From a virus: a stretch of 64,000 nt of DNA. The position numbers were made by a program, and so were the translations under genes. Location of the stretch: IMG/VR virus record IMGVR_UViG_3300025009_000054, positions 1 to 64,000 of that record, one strand, 5' to 3'. Shown here piece by piece: positions 18,639 through 27,399 of the stretch. Below the pieces are notes generated by a model, which did not search any database, had not been told where the DNA came from, and saw only the letters and a list, made by a program, of their open reading frames with translations. Within the stretch, counting starts at the first letter, position 1. Each line of letters begins with the position of its first letter.

Positions 18639-19025
18639 TTATCCTTTCTGCGCTTGTACTATCGCTTCTGCGGAAACGGTGTATATGCGGCAGAGGTCGC
18701 GATGTAGCTTTATCTCCGCCATAAGGTCTGCTTCAAGAATCATAGACTCTCGCCTACTACGTACGAGCTCTTGATACTCTACGTGGTCTATCAGCTTCGA
18801 TTTGTAGAGAGCGTCTCTGGCTTTGTCATTTCCGCCCTCAGAGATTGCCTGGGCACGCATATCAAACTCGATCGGGCCCATAGCCTCTTCTGTACGGACA
18901 CGCTCAGCTATGAGTGCGTTGTATTTCTTAGTGCACTCGTATCGCTGTAGAGTTTCGTGTATCGATTGTAATAATATTGATTGCGTGTCGCCAGATACTA
19001 TCAATTGCTTAAGTTCTTCATTCAC
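18639..19025 (-). CDS. coiled-coil hypothetical protein
   Basis: ORF track; GGAGG RBS. Confidence 0.7.
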   Translation of the reverse strand: MNEELKQLIVSGDTQSILLQSIHETLQRYECTKKYNALIAERVRTEEAMGPIEFDMRAQAISEGGNDKARDALYKSKLIDHVEYQELVRSRRESMILEADLMAEIKLHRDLCRIYTVSAEAIVQAQKG

Positions 19026-19101
19026 TTGACGCTACCTCCACATAAAGTATGCGGTCGGGCTTCAGGTACTTACCACCTACCCGACCGCGCCAGGATCCAT
19101 A

Positions 19102-19461
19102 TTAATCCTGGTCTTCGTCTTCATCAGAATCGCTGACCTCGCCAGCTTCGAGTGCTCTCTTCTCGGCAAGTGCCTTGGCACCCTTGGCTCCCGATGCCGC
19201 AAACTTCTCTTTCAGCTTGTCCGAAACGATCTTGCCGGATCCGGGCTCGATACCCAGAGTCTCTTCATATGCCAGCGCATCCATCGCATGCTCTGTTCTC
19301 AGGTGAGTGACCAGGCTATTTGCCTTGTACTCTTTACCGTTCATCTTGCATATCTCGCACTCGATTGCGCCTTCGATGTCGCCTCGCTGTGCATTCCTAC
19401 GTGCACGAGCACGCTGTTTTCTTCGCTCTTCCTGATCGAGATCTTTTACTTTGTCTGCCAT
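19102..19461 (-). CDS. Ros/MucR-like zinc-finger protein (paralogue 6)
   Basis: CEICKMNGKEYKANSLVTHLRTEHAMDALAYEETLGI. Confidence 0.75.
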   Translation of the reverse strand: MADKVKDLDQEERRKQRARARRNAQRGDIEGAIECEICKMNGKEYKANSLVTHLRTEHAMDALAYEETLGIEPGSGKIVSDKLKEKFAASGAKGAKALAEKRALEAGEVSDSDEDEDQD

Positions 19462-19525
19462 TGTCGTTGGCCTCCTATGTTTTTAATTGAAGGTGCGGAG
19501 CGTCGATACCGTCCGCCCTCCCACG

Positions 19526-19558
19526 AGTGTAGACGTCTAGCAAGAAGTAGGCGGTGCC
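19526..19558 (-). promoter_or_regulatory. ECF-type promoter motif copy
   Basis: AGTGTAGACG-N17-GGTGCC. Confidence 0.8.
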
Positions 19559-19572
19559 GATTCCGGCTGGAT

Positions 19573-19773
19573 TCAGAATTTTCTCTTAAGATCTGATGGT
19601 ATTGGGCGATATACGGTGTTCCCATTTCCTAGCGTAAACCAAATACCCCTATTTCTCTTTCCGTAATCCCAGCTAACTACCTTGAGTTTTGGGTCCGACG
19701 GATCTACATCGCGTTGGATAACCCTACCAACAAACCTATTAGCCCAATTATCGATCTGTTCTCTAGTCATCAC
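19573..19773 (-). CDS. hypothetical protein
   Basis: ORF track. Confidence 0.6.
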   Translation of the reverse strand: MMTREQIDNWANRFVGRVIQRDVDPSDPKLKVVSWDYGKRNRGIWFTLGNGNTVYRPIPSDLKRKF

Positions 19774-20132
19774 TTTCTCCTCTCGCGAGAACGCATGCGA
19801 CGTCGTAAACGGGCACGTACGTCCTTGGCGTCTTCCTTCGCAAGAAGAATAGGCTCTTTATTGGGAACGGGTTCTTGGACATTCTCGACAAAAGGTACGT
19901 CTCTAAGCGGGTGAGTGTCTATATAGTGTTTAGCTGGAGAGATAGGATTATCTGTATCTACCATAACAGACACATCACCTTCCCAGCGTTTCTTGAGTTG
20001 ACAATCTGCAGGGTCTAGTAATACTACAGTCTCGCGTGTTCTCGGATCCATTCCTGTAAGTGGTACAGGATAAGCGCACTTCTTGGTTCGTACGCAGTAT
20101 TGGTGGGAGTGACAGCAACCAAATACAGCCAT
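19770..20132 (-). CDS. hypothetical protein, Cys-rich N-terminus
   Basis: FGCCHSHQYC...C motif; GGAGG RBS. Confidence 0.65.
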   Translation of the reverse strand: MAVFGCCHSHQYCVRTKKCAYPVPLTGMDPRTRETVVLLDPADCQLKKRWEGDVSVMVDTDNPISPAKHYIDTHPLRDVPFVENVQEPVPNKEPILLAKEDAKDVRARLRRRMRSRERRK

Positions 20133-20240
20133 CTGTAACCTCCTTTATATCGTATCGATAATCTGAGGCGACTCGTCGCCTGTTGGTTCTTCTTTCGTTT
20201 CCGAAGGAAACGTGGTTCTTCTTAAAATGGTTTTTCTTCG

Positions 20241-20308
20241 GTTCCGCCCGCGAAACACCTATGTTTCGCCCGCGAAACACCTATATGTTTCGCCCGCGAA
20301 ACACCTAT
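20241..20308. repeat. three 22-bp iteron-like direct repeats
   Basis: GTT(T/C)CGCCCGCGAAACACCTAT at 20241, 20263 and 20287. Confidence 0.85.
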
Positions 20309-20325
20309 GCTTCTTCTGAGAATAT

Positions 20326-20733
20326 CTATTTAGATTTCGATTTAGGCCTTTGAACGCGACTGTAAGTAAGTATCCGATATGTCGCGCTACGTTCAGCGTC
20401 GCCCTTATCGAGTATTTCAATGATACCTGCCTTCACCATTTCGTGTATGTGGATATTTATCCTGCCACGAGATGTGCCGACAATATCAGCGATAGTCTTA
20501 CATGATGGAAAACATGTGCAATTTTCACCCTCAAATGATTTTAGTACTATCCATATATGAACCCACGCGTGTTTCCATCCTTTGAACATACCCTTCTTTA
20601 CAGCGTCGTTATAGAGTGGATTGAAGCCATGGCTGGCGTCACACTCTTCGAGATTGACCGTATTTACCAGTGGTTCTGGTTTTATTGGTATCTCGTATTT
20701 CGTATTATCCTCCTTGAGGAGATAGGTCCGCAT
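20326..20733 (-). CDS. winged-HTH protein (replication-initiator-like N-terminal HTH)
   Basis: CFPSCKTIADIVGTSRGRINIHIHEMVKAGIIE. Confidence 0.7.
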   Translation of the reverse strand: MRTYLLKEDNTKYEIPIKPEPLVNTVNLEECDASHGFNPLYNDAVKKGMFKGWKHAWVHIWIVLKSFEGENCTCFPSCKTIADIVGTSRGRINIHIHEMVKAGIIEILDKGDAERSATYRILTYSRVQRPKSKSK

Positions 20734-20884
20734 CGTAAGCCTCCAAACATGAATGTGGCTCAAACTATTTTACCAGAACTTGGACAGCACAGGATTAGTT
20801 TGAGCCACACGATGTGAATGCTTATTAAGTTTTTGTCCTGACTGTCCACATCCTATATTAGTACGGGACAGTCGTGGGACCTAA

Positions 20885-21181
20885 CTACGCCTGGAAATTG
20901 AGATTTGCGGGATCGATCTGAACTACGTTATCTTCAGCAGGCTTTTCTGCCTTGTTTGATGCTACTTTAGCTGCCCCAGCCTTGCCAAAATCGCTAAACT
21001 TTTTGGTGAGCGATGCCGCTACAAATGGAGCGTTATACTTCTCTGCGTACTCCTTGGCCTTCATGCCATGCACTCTACCAAGGTGTGTGATGATTGACGC
21101 TGCCGTGTACGGTTCAGCGACTCCCTGCTCCACGCAAACCTGGCATACAACTGGATCATCTACTTCTAGTCTTTTCGCCAT
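20885..21181 (-). CDS. Ros/MucR-like zinc-finger protein (paralogue 7, divergent)
   Basis: CQVC...SIITHLGRVHGMKAKEYAEKYNAPFVAASL. Confidence 0.7.
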   Translation of the reverse strand: MAKRLEVDDPVVCQVCVEQGVAEPYTAASIITHLGRVHGMKAKEYAEKYNAPFVAASLTKKFSDFGKAGAAKVASNKAEKPAEDNVVQIDPANLNFQA

Positions 21182-21395
21182 AAGAATCACCTCCTTTCCA
21201 AACCAGATATGGTATAAGGTCGAAGGGAAGAGGGATTCTATCTATGCTTTATCTCAAATTCCCAGGTTCATAAGCTATCGCAAGATGAAACTCCGAAAGG
21301 ATCTATCTTTATATCATAGTTGCCGCTCGATTCGGCAGGTATGCTCCTTTCCAAGGGGACCCGGAATTGCCCCTCCGGGTCCCATCACATATTAA

Positions 21396-22424
21396 CTAGT
21401 AGGTGGTTGTTCCATGCTCTATTTCGTCAAGTATCTTTACAGGTTCACCAGGCTGCTGTTCAAAGACATCTTTCCCAAATTCCGCACCGTACTTTTCGGA
21501 CTCTTCAAGCTCTTTGCGCAGCTTCATATCCCGCTCGCGGTCGTTCTTCGGCACGTCTTTCCAAGCTTCGTTCCGGTTTTCTACCTTCGCGAATGCACAT
21601 GCCCAATCGCTTACGAGATCGTTCCATTTACTCTGGAGTCCAGCGGAATAGTCCGCGTTCTTGGACGCTTTAAGAGCTATCTTTACTTTGTCGATATCTA
21701 CCTGTTCCATGCGGTAGCTATACATCTGCTTATAGCTATTCAGCTCAAAATTGAGCGGTTCGAGTGCCTTATCACGTATGGTAGTAGCACGCTTAACTAT
21801 AGTCTCTAGCCGCTTTAACTGCACTGGATATGTGTCACCGTAAGTGCTGAAGTTCTTTCTAGCGATTGCCACCGTATGTTCGAACCTATCATTAGCCTTC
21901 TGAATTCCGGCGTATACGGTCGGATAGGCTGTCATCAGTCTCTCTTTGAGCTTCTCTTCCATGCTGGTGATTCGTACTTCCATGGCAATTCCAATTAGGT
22001 GCTCGACCTCCCATGGAGTATCTTCTACCATATCACATAGAGCTGAGAAGGACTCGATGCTTTTACGTATGGCCTTGACTTCATTGCTATCGGCATTATT
22101 GTCTAACATTACTTCTAATGAATCGTGGCAATGCATCCCACTGTTATGGAGCCAGTAGACAAGGCCATCTATCGTGCCGATTTTTTCATTATAGTATGCA
22201 TTGATGAGTTCTTTGTCTTCCGGTAACGGATCAAACGCCTTGGATTCGTAGTACCACTGTCTATCTTCCAGATCGAACTCGATCTTGTTACCGTCATCGC
22301 TCCTTAGCCCATGGGACCTGAGTATCGCGTCGTGGCTACTCTCATTCGGTTTTGTGATAATCGCGTCGTGACTACCGGCATATATGTCCCTTAACCTTAC
22401 AATGTTAAACTTATTACTACACAT
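21396..22424 (-). CDS. hypothetical phage protein
   Basis: 342-aa ORF. Confidence 0.75.
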   Translation of the reverse strand: MCSNKFNIVRLRDIYAGSHDAIITKPNESSHDAILRSHGLRSDDGNKIEFDLEDRQWYYESKAFDPLPEDKELINAYYNEKIGTIDGLVYWLHNSGMHCHDSLEVMLDNNADSNEVKAIRKSIESFSALCDMVEDTPWEVEHLIGIAMEVRITSMEEKLKERLMTAYPTVYAGIQKANDRFEHTVAIARKNFSTYGDTYPVQLKRLETIVKRATTIRDKALEPLNFELNSYKQMYSYRMEQVDIDKVKIALKASKNADYSAGLQSKWNDLVSDWACAFAKVENRNEAWKDVPKNDRERDMKLRKELEESEKYGAEFGKDVFEQQPGEPVKILDEIEHGTTTY

Positions 22425-22457
22425 TCTAGAATGCCCCCTGTACCTATGATAGGGTAG

Positions 22458-22892
22458 CTACGCTACCCTTAATGCCTGATGTACCGCTAACCAGAAATTG
22501 TATGTGGTGCAGTTGTTTGTACTAGCGATATCGATACCATCCTTCTGAAACTCTACATCGATGTCGTCTGCTTGAGTATCCCTGTCGTACGTGTCATCTA
22601 CCCAGAACGTAAACAGCAGTACGTAGTCGTTAGGTAAGTTTATATACAACTGCGCTCGATCATGCTTACCATCACGATCATTGATTTCTCCGTCCCACTC
22701 AAGTCCCAGGAATTCCATGATGTCGGCGACAACCGCTACTTCGAACTCTGTACAATGCGCACTAGCTGATATTGTGCCGAATCCTATACCGTTTTCCTTG
22801 GCTTCTTCAATGCTCACTCCGATCATACTTGCTTCTTCTCTGACCAGCTCTTCCCAGTTATCGTTAATGACCTTCTGTGTTCTATCTTTCAT
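22458..22892 (-). CDS. acidic hypothetical protein
   Basis: Start MKDRTQK after GGAGG. Confidence 0.7.
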   Translation of the reverse strand: MKDRTQKVINDNWEELVREEASMIGVSIEEAKENGIGFGTISASAHCTEFEVAVVADIMEFLGLEWDGEINDRDGKHDRAQLYINLPNDYVLLFTFWVDDTYDRDTQADDIDVEFQKDGIDIASTNNCTTYNFWLAVHQALRVA

Positions 22893-22894
22893 TG

Positions 22895-23320
22895 TTATCC
22901 TCCTAACTCTATATCGTCTGCTGCCTCGCGCAACATCTTTACCAGTTCCTCTGCTGGAAGCTCGTCGATGAACCCGTACATGCATGTTAGTAACTTGTCG
23001 GCCTTCTCAGCATAGCTCATCGTTGAGTACTGGTTTAGTACGTAGTCTATGCTTGCTCCTAGCGCATCACCCTTCACATCTTTGTTGGGTATGAAGTTAT
23101 TTAGGTAGTCCTGACCATACCCCACCTTATGGCCACAACAATGATATACCTCAAGTACGATCTCGTTGTAGTCAGGTGATTCTACAATTGCGGCCTCTAT
23201 TGGGCTGCTACCATTTTCCCCGATAATAATTGGAGCGTTATTCCCAATCGCTATCGTCTGCGCTACCAACGAGTCAGCAGTTATCTTCTGCTGACAATTC
23301 GGACATGTTAGTGTTTTCAT
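22895..23320 (-). CDS. hypothetical protein, Zn-ribbon-like
   Basis: CPNC...HCCG. Confidence 0.65.
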   Translation of the reverse strand: MKTLTCPNCQQKITADSLVAQTIAIGNNAPIIIGENGSSPIEAAIVESPDYNEIVLEVYHCCGHKVGYGQDYLNNFIPNKDVKGDALGASIDYVLNQYSTMSYAEKADKLLTCMYGFIDELPAEELVKMLREAADDIELGG

Positions 23321-23649
23321 ATTGCTACCCACTCCTCATTTGATGAATAGTATGCAGTCGCGTCACCACGTTCCCAGTATGGAACGTACCCACCACGGTC
23401 GGCTCCCTCTGGATGATCCTCAAGGTAGCCTTCACCAGAATAGTTGGTTACTACTTCTTCGTGATCCCACGTATCATCTTTGTAGAAGTTCTGTACTAGT
23501 GTTACTTTGCCACGCATAGTCGCTGGGCTGTAATGTCGCTCATTCATCTCTTTTGCCAAATCTTCACTTGTTATCTCCGGTTCGTCTACCGGACATATCG
23601 ATTGGTTCTCGCATTGCTCTGCCGGAACCGGACAATCTTCGCAGTTCAT
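23317..23649 (-). CDS. hypothetical protein, paralogue of the C-terminal module of 49159..50286
   Basis: Shares HPEGADRGGYVPYWE...AYYSSNEEW. Confidence 0.8.
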   Translation of the reverse strand: MNCEDCPVPAEQCENQSICPVDEPEITSEDLAKEMNERHYSPATMRGKVTLVQNFYKDDTWDHEEVVTNYSGEGYLEDHPEGADRGGYVPYWERGDATAYYSSNEEWVAI

Positions 23650-24141
23650 AATCTCCTCCACTATCTCCGCATCCCACTCTCCATCAGTTAAGCGAGATGC
23701 TTTTACTTTCGCCTTGATATCGTCTGATAGTGCGCCCCATGTCGGGATCCTGGTATTCTTCGGATTCTTTTCATAGTCATTGGCGGTAAATTCGCGGTAT
23801 ATGTCGGTATACGCATTTTGTATCTCGCCACTATCAACATCACTTTATATATCACTTGACCAGTACCCTCTACATTCAGTATAGAGGAATCCGTATGTAG
23901 CTACGGTTCCATCCTTAAATACGATCAAGTTTCCTATCGTATTGTCTACCTGTGGACCAATGAAAATGTGATAATCTATTTCACTCCTAAATTTTGTTAT
24001 CATCGCTATCCTCCACACGCATTACAGTACATGCTACTACTCCATCGACACGAACCATTAAGTCTGCAGCATCTCTGACTAAGTCAACTGCATTATGGCT
24101 ACTAATGACCTCAGTATCAAACTCAATCTCTAATTTAATTC

Positions 24142-24417
24142 TCATTTGACACCCTCCACCTTCTGTACAAAGATGCTATCGACTTTCAGTTCGGATGTGG
24201 TGAGTAGGTATTTCAGGTTGCTTAATCTCACCCAACCAATTGCCATCTGCTCAAGTCCATGCTCTATCGTATCTGACACTATCGGACCGTTTGGTCCATC
24301 TTCAGTCTCTACATCTAGGCCACACCATCCGGAGAGTTCGTGCCCTATGTATTCGCGTAACTGCTTTTCATCTGGGACATCTACTACCATCGATATCAGG
24401 TACAGATTCTTTGCCAT
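24142..24417 (-). CDS. hypothetical protein
   Basis: Start MAKNLY after GGAGG. Confidence 0.65.
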   Translation of the reverse strand: MAKNLYLISMVVDVPDEKQLREYIGHELSGWCGLDVETEDGPNGPIVSDTIEHGLEQMAIGWVRLSNLKYLLTTSELKVDSIFVQKVEGVK

Positions 24418-24430
24418 CTTGCTACCTCCA

Positions 24431-24658
24431 CTAATCTTCGTCTTCGGGGTATTCCTTATCAAGGTCGTGTATCTCGATTGTTGCTGGACGAACGATATAT
24501 CGGTGATTTATAGCATCGTTGTCAACGTCCGGTAGTCGGTGCAAGTTCTGATCTCCAGCCTCCTCACCAGCATCGCGTACATCGGTGTAGAACTTTGCCT
24601 CATCGAGGTTTATTTCACCATTTCGTTTCACTATTACTAAGTATCCATCTATTTTCAT
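24431..24658 (-). CDS. hypothetical protein
   Basis: First gene after promoter 24697; GGAGG RBS. Confidence 0.7.
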   Translation of the reverse strand: MKIDGYLVIVKRNGEINLDEAKFYTDVRDAGEEAGDQNLHRLPDVDNDAINHRYIVRPATIEIHDLDKEYPEDED

Positions 24659-24696
24659 TCGCTACCTCCATGTTGGACACACTCCAGCGTCCTACA

Positions 24697-24729
24697 AGTG
24701 TAGACGTTTGGTGCCCCGCAGATGGTGTT
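24697..24729 (-). promoter_or_regulatory. ECF-type promoter motif copy
   Basis: AGTGTAGACG-N17-GGTGTT. Confidence 0.72.
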
Positions 24730-25690
24730 CATTTTATCTCTGTGGGGTATATAGACAGCATATATAGGGTACATGGCGGAGATAAGGATAGGGGAAATAC
24801 TATATACATTGGTTCCACCATATCGTTACTGTCGTCATATACCTTGACGACTTTCTGGCCGTCACTATCGTCACTGTCGTATCTATCGTCATCTCCGTCC
24901 TGTCGTCATGGCCGTCACCTATATATGGGGTATTGGGATATACTATATGGGGGTATACCTATATATGCCTGGGCTTAAGGGATATATGGGTAGTATATGG
25001 TATATGGGGTATATACTCTATCTCTGGGTGATATCTCCTATATATGGGATATAGTATATACTCTATCTGGGAATCTAGGTCAGATATCGACATGAGATAT
25101 CAAATAGATATCGACATATATCAGATGGGATATCGGAGTATACTCAATGTGAGTCGGACTCACACAGTGGGTGATTCCTACCGGGACCGAGACAATCAAT
25201 GATAACTGCTCTACGCGTAAGCATGTGAGTCAGACTCACATCCGATAATTGGCTTTTATAAGCGTAAAGAGCGCCGTAGCCGATATCTGATGAGGGCAAT
25301 TGGAGGGTAGTACATGAGTAATTGGAAAGATAAACACAGGACGCAAGAGAACCGGTTCCGGTGCCTCTGTATGGGTAGTGGTGGGTAGTGGTGGGTAGTG
25401 GTGGATAGTTGTAGTAGCCGTAGTGGTATAATCCGGAGCATGAAGCGATGGCTGTAGTGAGAATCCGGTGTTTATCTAAAGGGGGTCTTTTACGCGTAGA
25501 CAATATCTCTTTTACGCTTGGGATAGTATATCTAACCATCTTCTGATATATACAATTTATGCGGGAACGGTGGGAGTGCTATACACTCTATCCTCACACT
25601 ACGTGAATACACCTTAGTAAGCAGCACTCCCGAATAAATTACTACCTCTAATACACGTTCTCTTACTAATCCTTTACACACTCATCAATC
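24730..25690. other. about 1 kb structured non-coding region
   Basis: No credible ORF; TATA/GGG runs, clustered CGTCA, palindromes and a tandem 10-mer. Confidence 0.65.
25148..25241. repeat. two copies of palindrome TGTGAGTC-N-GACTCACA
   Basis: At 25148-25164 and 25224-25240. Confidence 0.8.
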
Positions 25691-25697
25691 ACCATTA

Positions 25698-25916
25698 TTA
25701 CGTCTTCCTCTCCTTCCGAAGGATTGCGGACTCACATGACTTACAGTGGTTATAAGCATAACCCGCGTAGTCATCCTCGTATACCTTCCTCCCGCAATAT
25801 GTGGTCGCTGGTATAGGTAACGTTTCTCCCCACCCACCAGGCTCTTTAATAGCGTGCCTTATCTTTCCTACCTCGAAGTTCTTATTCCCACTTATAACGC
25901 ACGTCCATCTGATCAC
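25698..25916 (-). CDS. small Zn-binding hypothetical protein
   Basis: H...YCG...CKSC. Confidence 0.6.
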   Translation of the reverse strand: MIRWTCVISGNKNFEVGKIRHAIKEPGGWGETLPIPATTYCGRKVYEDDYAGYAYNHCKSCESAILRKERKT

Positions 25917-26293
25917 TGGTTCTTTCCTTCCGCATATATAATGACCTTATGGACATCTTTCCTTACCGCAATATCAATAAGTAATTCCCACCAAGGCTCT
26001 CCACCGCCCATATCGGCTGTTACCTCCGGAATATGGACTATTCCATGCATAAAAATGTCACATGAGTCCTCGAACGGCAGAGTGAAGACGTAACCTGAGT
26101 CCTCAGCTATGATATCAGGTTCACCTTCTGGGGACTTCCACTGTACTGTAACTTTTGCTCCAGGCATAGGGTTATTACCAACAATCATAATCTTAGATTC
26201 ATCGTATTCCACCTCCAGATCACACGCAGCCAGCTTCTTTACTCTATTTAGTAGTTTAGAGAACTTATCACCCTCAGTAATGCCGTATATCAT
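25913..26293 (-). CDS. hypothetical protein
   Basis: ORF track. Confidence 0.65.
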   Translation of the reverse strand: MIYGITEGDKFSKLLNRVKKLAACDLEVEYDESKIMIVGNNPMPGAKVTVQWKSPEGEPDIIAEDSGYVFTLPFEDSCDIFMHGIVHIPEVTADMGGGEPWWELLIDIAVRKDVHKVIIYAEGKNQ

Positions 26294-26303
26294 AATAATG
26301 CTC

Positions 26304-26642
26304 CTATTCCTTTCTTTCTAGAACTACCTCGAACTTCTGATGAAATCTAGTGGGTGTGTATACCTCTCGCTCTCTTGTTGGTAGAGTTACGATATAATCT
26401 CCAATACGCACATTACGGATAATTCTGTTACCATACTCACGCTCTGTGGTCAGTATAACTGCAGTAATTTGTACGGGTGATGGTAAACTATTACTCATGG
26501 CCTGTTCTATATCGTATCCTGGAGAATCACTCCTTATGACATCGTGTGTAAATCCATATAACGCTGGTGAGTACCGATAACCATCTTCCATTCCTAACTC
26601 AAAAATGACTGCCGTGAGTTCTTCCTTACACCTTACCTTCAT
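26304..26642 (-). CDS. hypothetical protein, paralogue of 26645..27025
   Basis: MKVR...FExGMEDGYRYSP...GDYI. Confidence 0.75.
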   Translation of the reverse strand: MKVRCKEELTAVIFELGMEDGYRYSPALYGFTHDVIRSDSPGYDIEQAMSNSLPSPVQITAVILTTEREYGNRIIRNVRIGDYIVTLPTREREVYTPTRFHQKFEVVLERKE

Positions 26643-26644
26643 AG

Positions 26645-27025
26645 TTAATCCTCCAACAAATGGCGCATGTGCATCGCACTATCACAGCCACCATCGTAAT
26701 AGTGTTCAGGCTTCTCGTCGATTACTTCAAATAACAGATCGAACCTTTCATTCGGCACAACTGACTTAACACCCTCTTCATCTGTTATGATATAATCACC
26801 TTCGTGGATATCTAGAAATGGCAACATGTCACTAATTACTAAAACTGGCCTCACCTCTATGGGAGGTGTACACATCTTTATAGCTATTTGTGGATTATAT
26901 CCTACTGAATCCTTAGTGATGATATCTGATGTGAACCCACCAATCGGTGGTGAGTACCGATAGCCGTCTTCCATGCCCCACTCAAACTTCTGTGCATCAA
27001 ACCTCATATTGAGTCTTACTTTCAC
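26645..27025 (-). CDS. hypothetical protein, paralogue of 26304..26642
   Basis: Same shared motifs. Confidence 0.75.
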   Translation of the reverse strand: MKVRLNMRFDAQKFEWGMEDGYRYSPPIGGFTSDIITKDSVGYNPQIAIKMCTPPIEVRPVLVISDMLPFLDIHEGDYIITDEEGVKSVVPNERFDLLFEVIDEKPEHYYDGGCDSAMHMRHLLED

Positions 27026-27294
27026 TTTATCTCCTCTCGGAACTTTTCTATATCGGCATTACATATCCTGACCTTCCCAAACCAGAATGGGTATACGAAC
27101 CATACCCATATCTTTTCCATTATAGGTCCACCTGTCAATCGTAGTTCTTTACAATTAATACAGTACACACCTTTAAATGGCCAGAACCATATGTAGACAT
27201 CGACTAACTCTGCATTACAGCAGCATACCTTGTTACCTATTATAGCGAGGTTCATTTTAGATTCCTTTTGATAATATCGATAGTCAGTACCCAC
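27022..27294 (-). CDS. hypothetical protein
   Basis: ORF track; start uncertain. Confidence 0.5.
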   Translation of the reverse strand: MGTDYRYYQKESKMNLAIIGNKVCCCNAELVDVYIWFWPFKGVYCINCKELRLTGGPIMEKIWVWFVYPFWFGKVRICNADIEKFREEIK

Positions 27295-27399
27295 AGTAAC
27301 AGCACTAGGATTAATACTACCTTAGTCCTATTTGTATCTGGAGCAACTAGACCCGATACAAATCCAATAATGCTCGTACCTACCCATATTCTCCAATCA

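Noticed and set aside
9120-19558. AGTGTAGACG repeats as a CRISPR or TIGR-like guide array
   Set aside because: Copies are dispersed, separated by whole genes at irregular distances, and sit just upstream of RBSs. No Cas or Nop-domain gene is recognisable in the window.
8589-24729. Integron attC cassette array
   Set aside because: The repeats lack the RYYYAAC...GTTRRRY palindromic structure, and no integron integrase is visible.
25144-25539. 131-aa minus-strand ORF in the non-coding hub
   Set aside because: It translates the tandem repeats and palindromes into low-complexity sequence and has no RBS; probably spurious.
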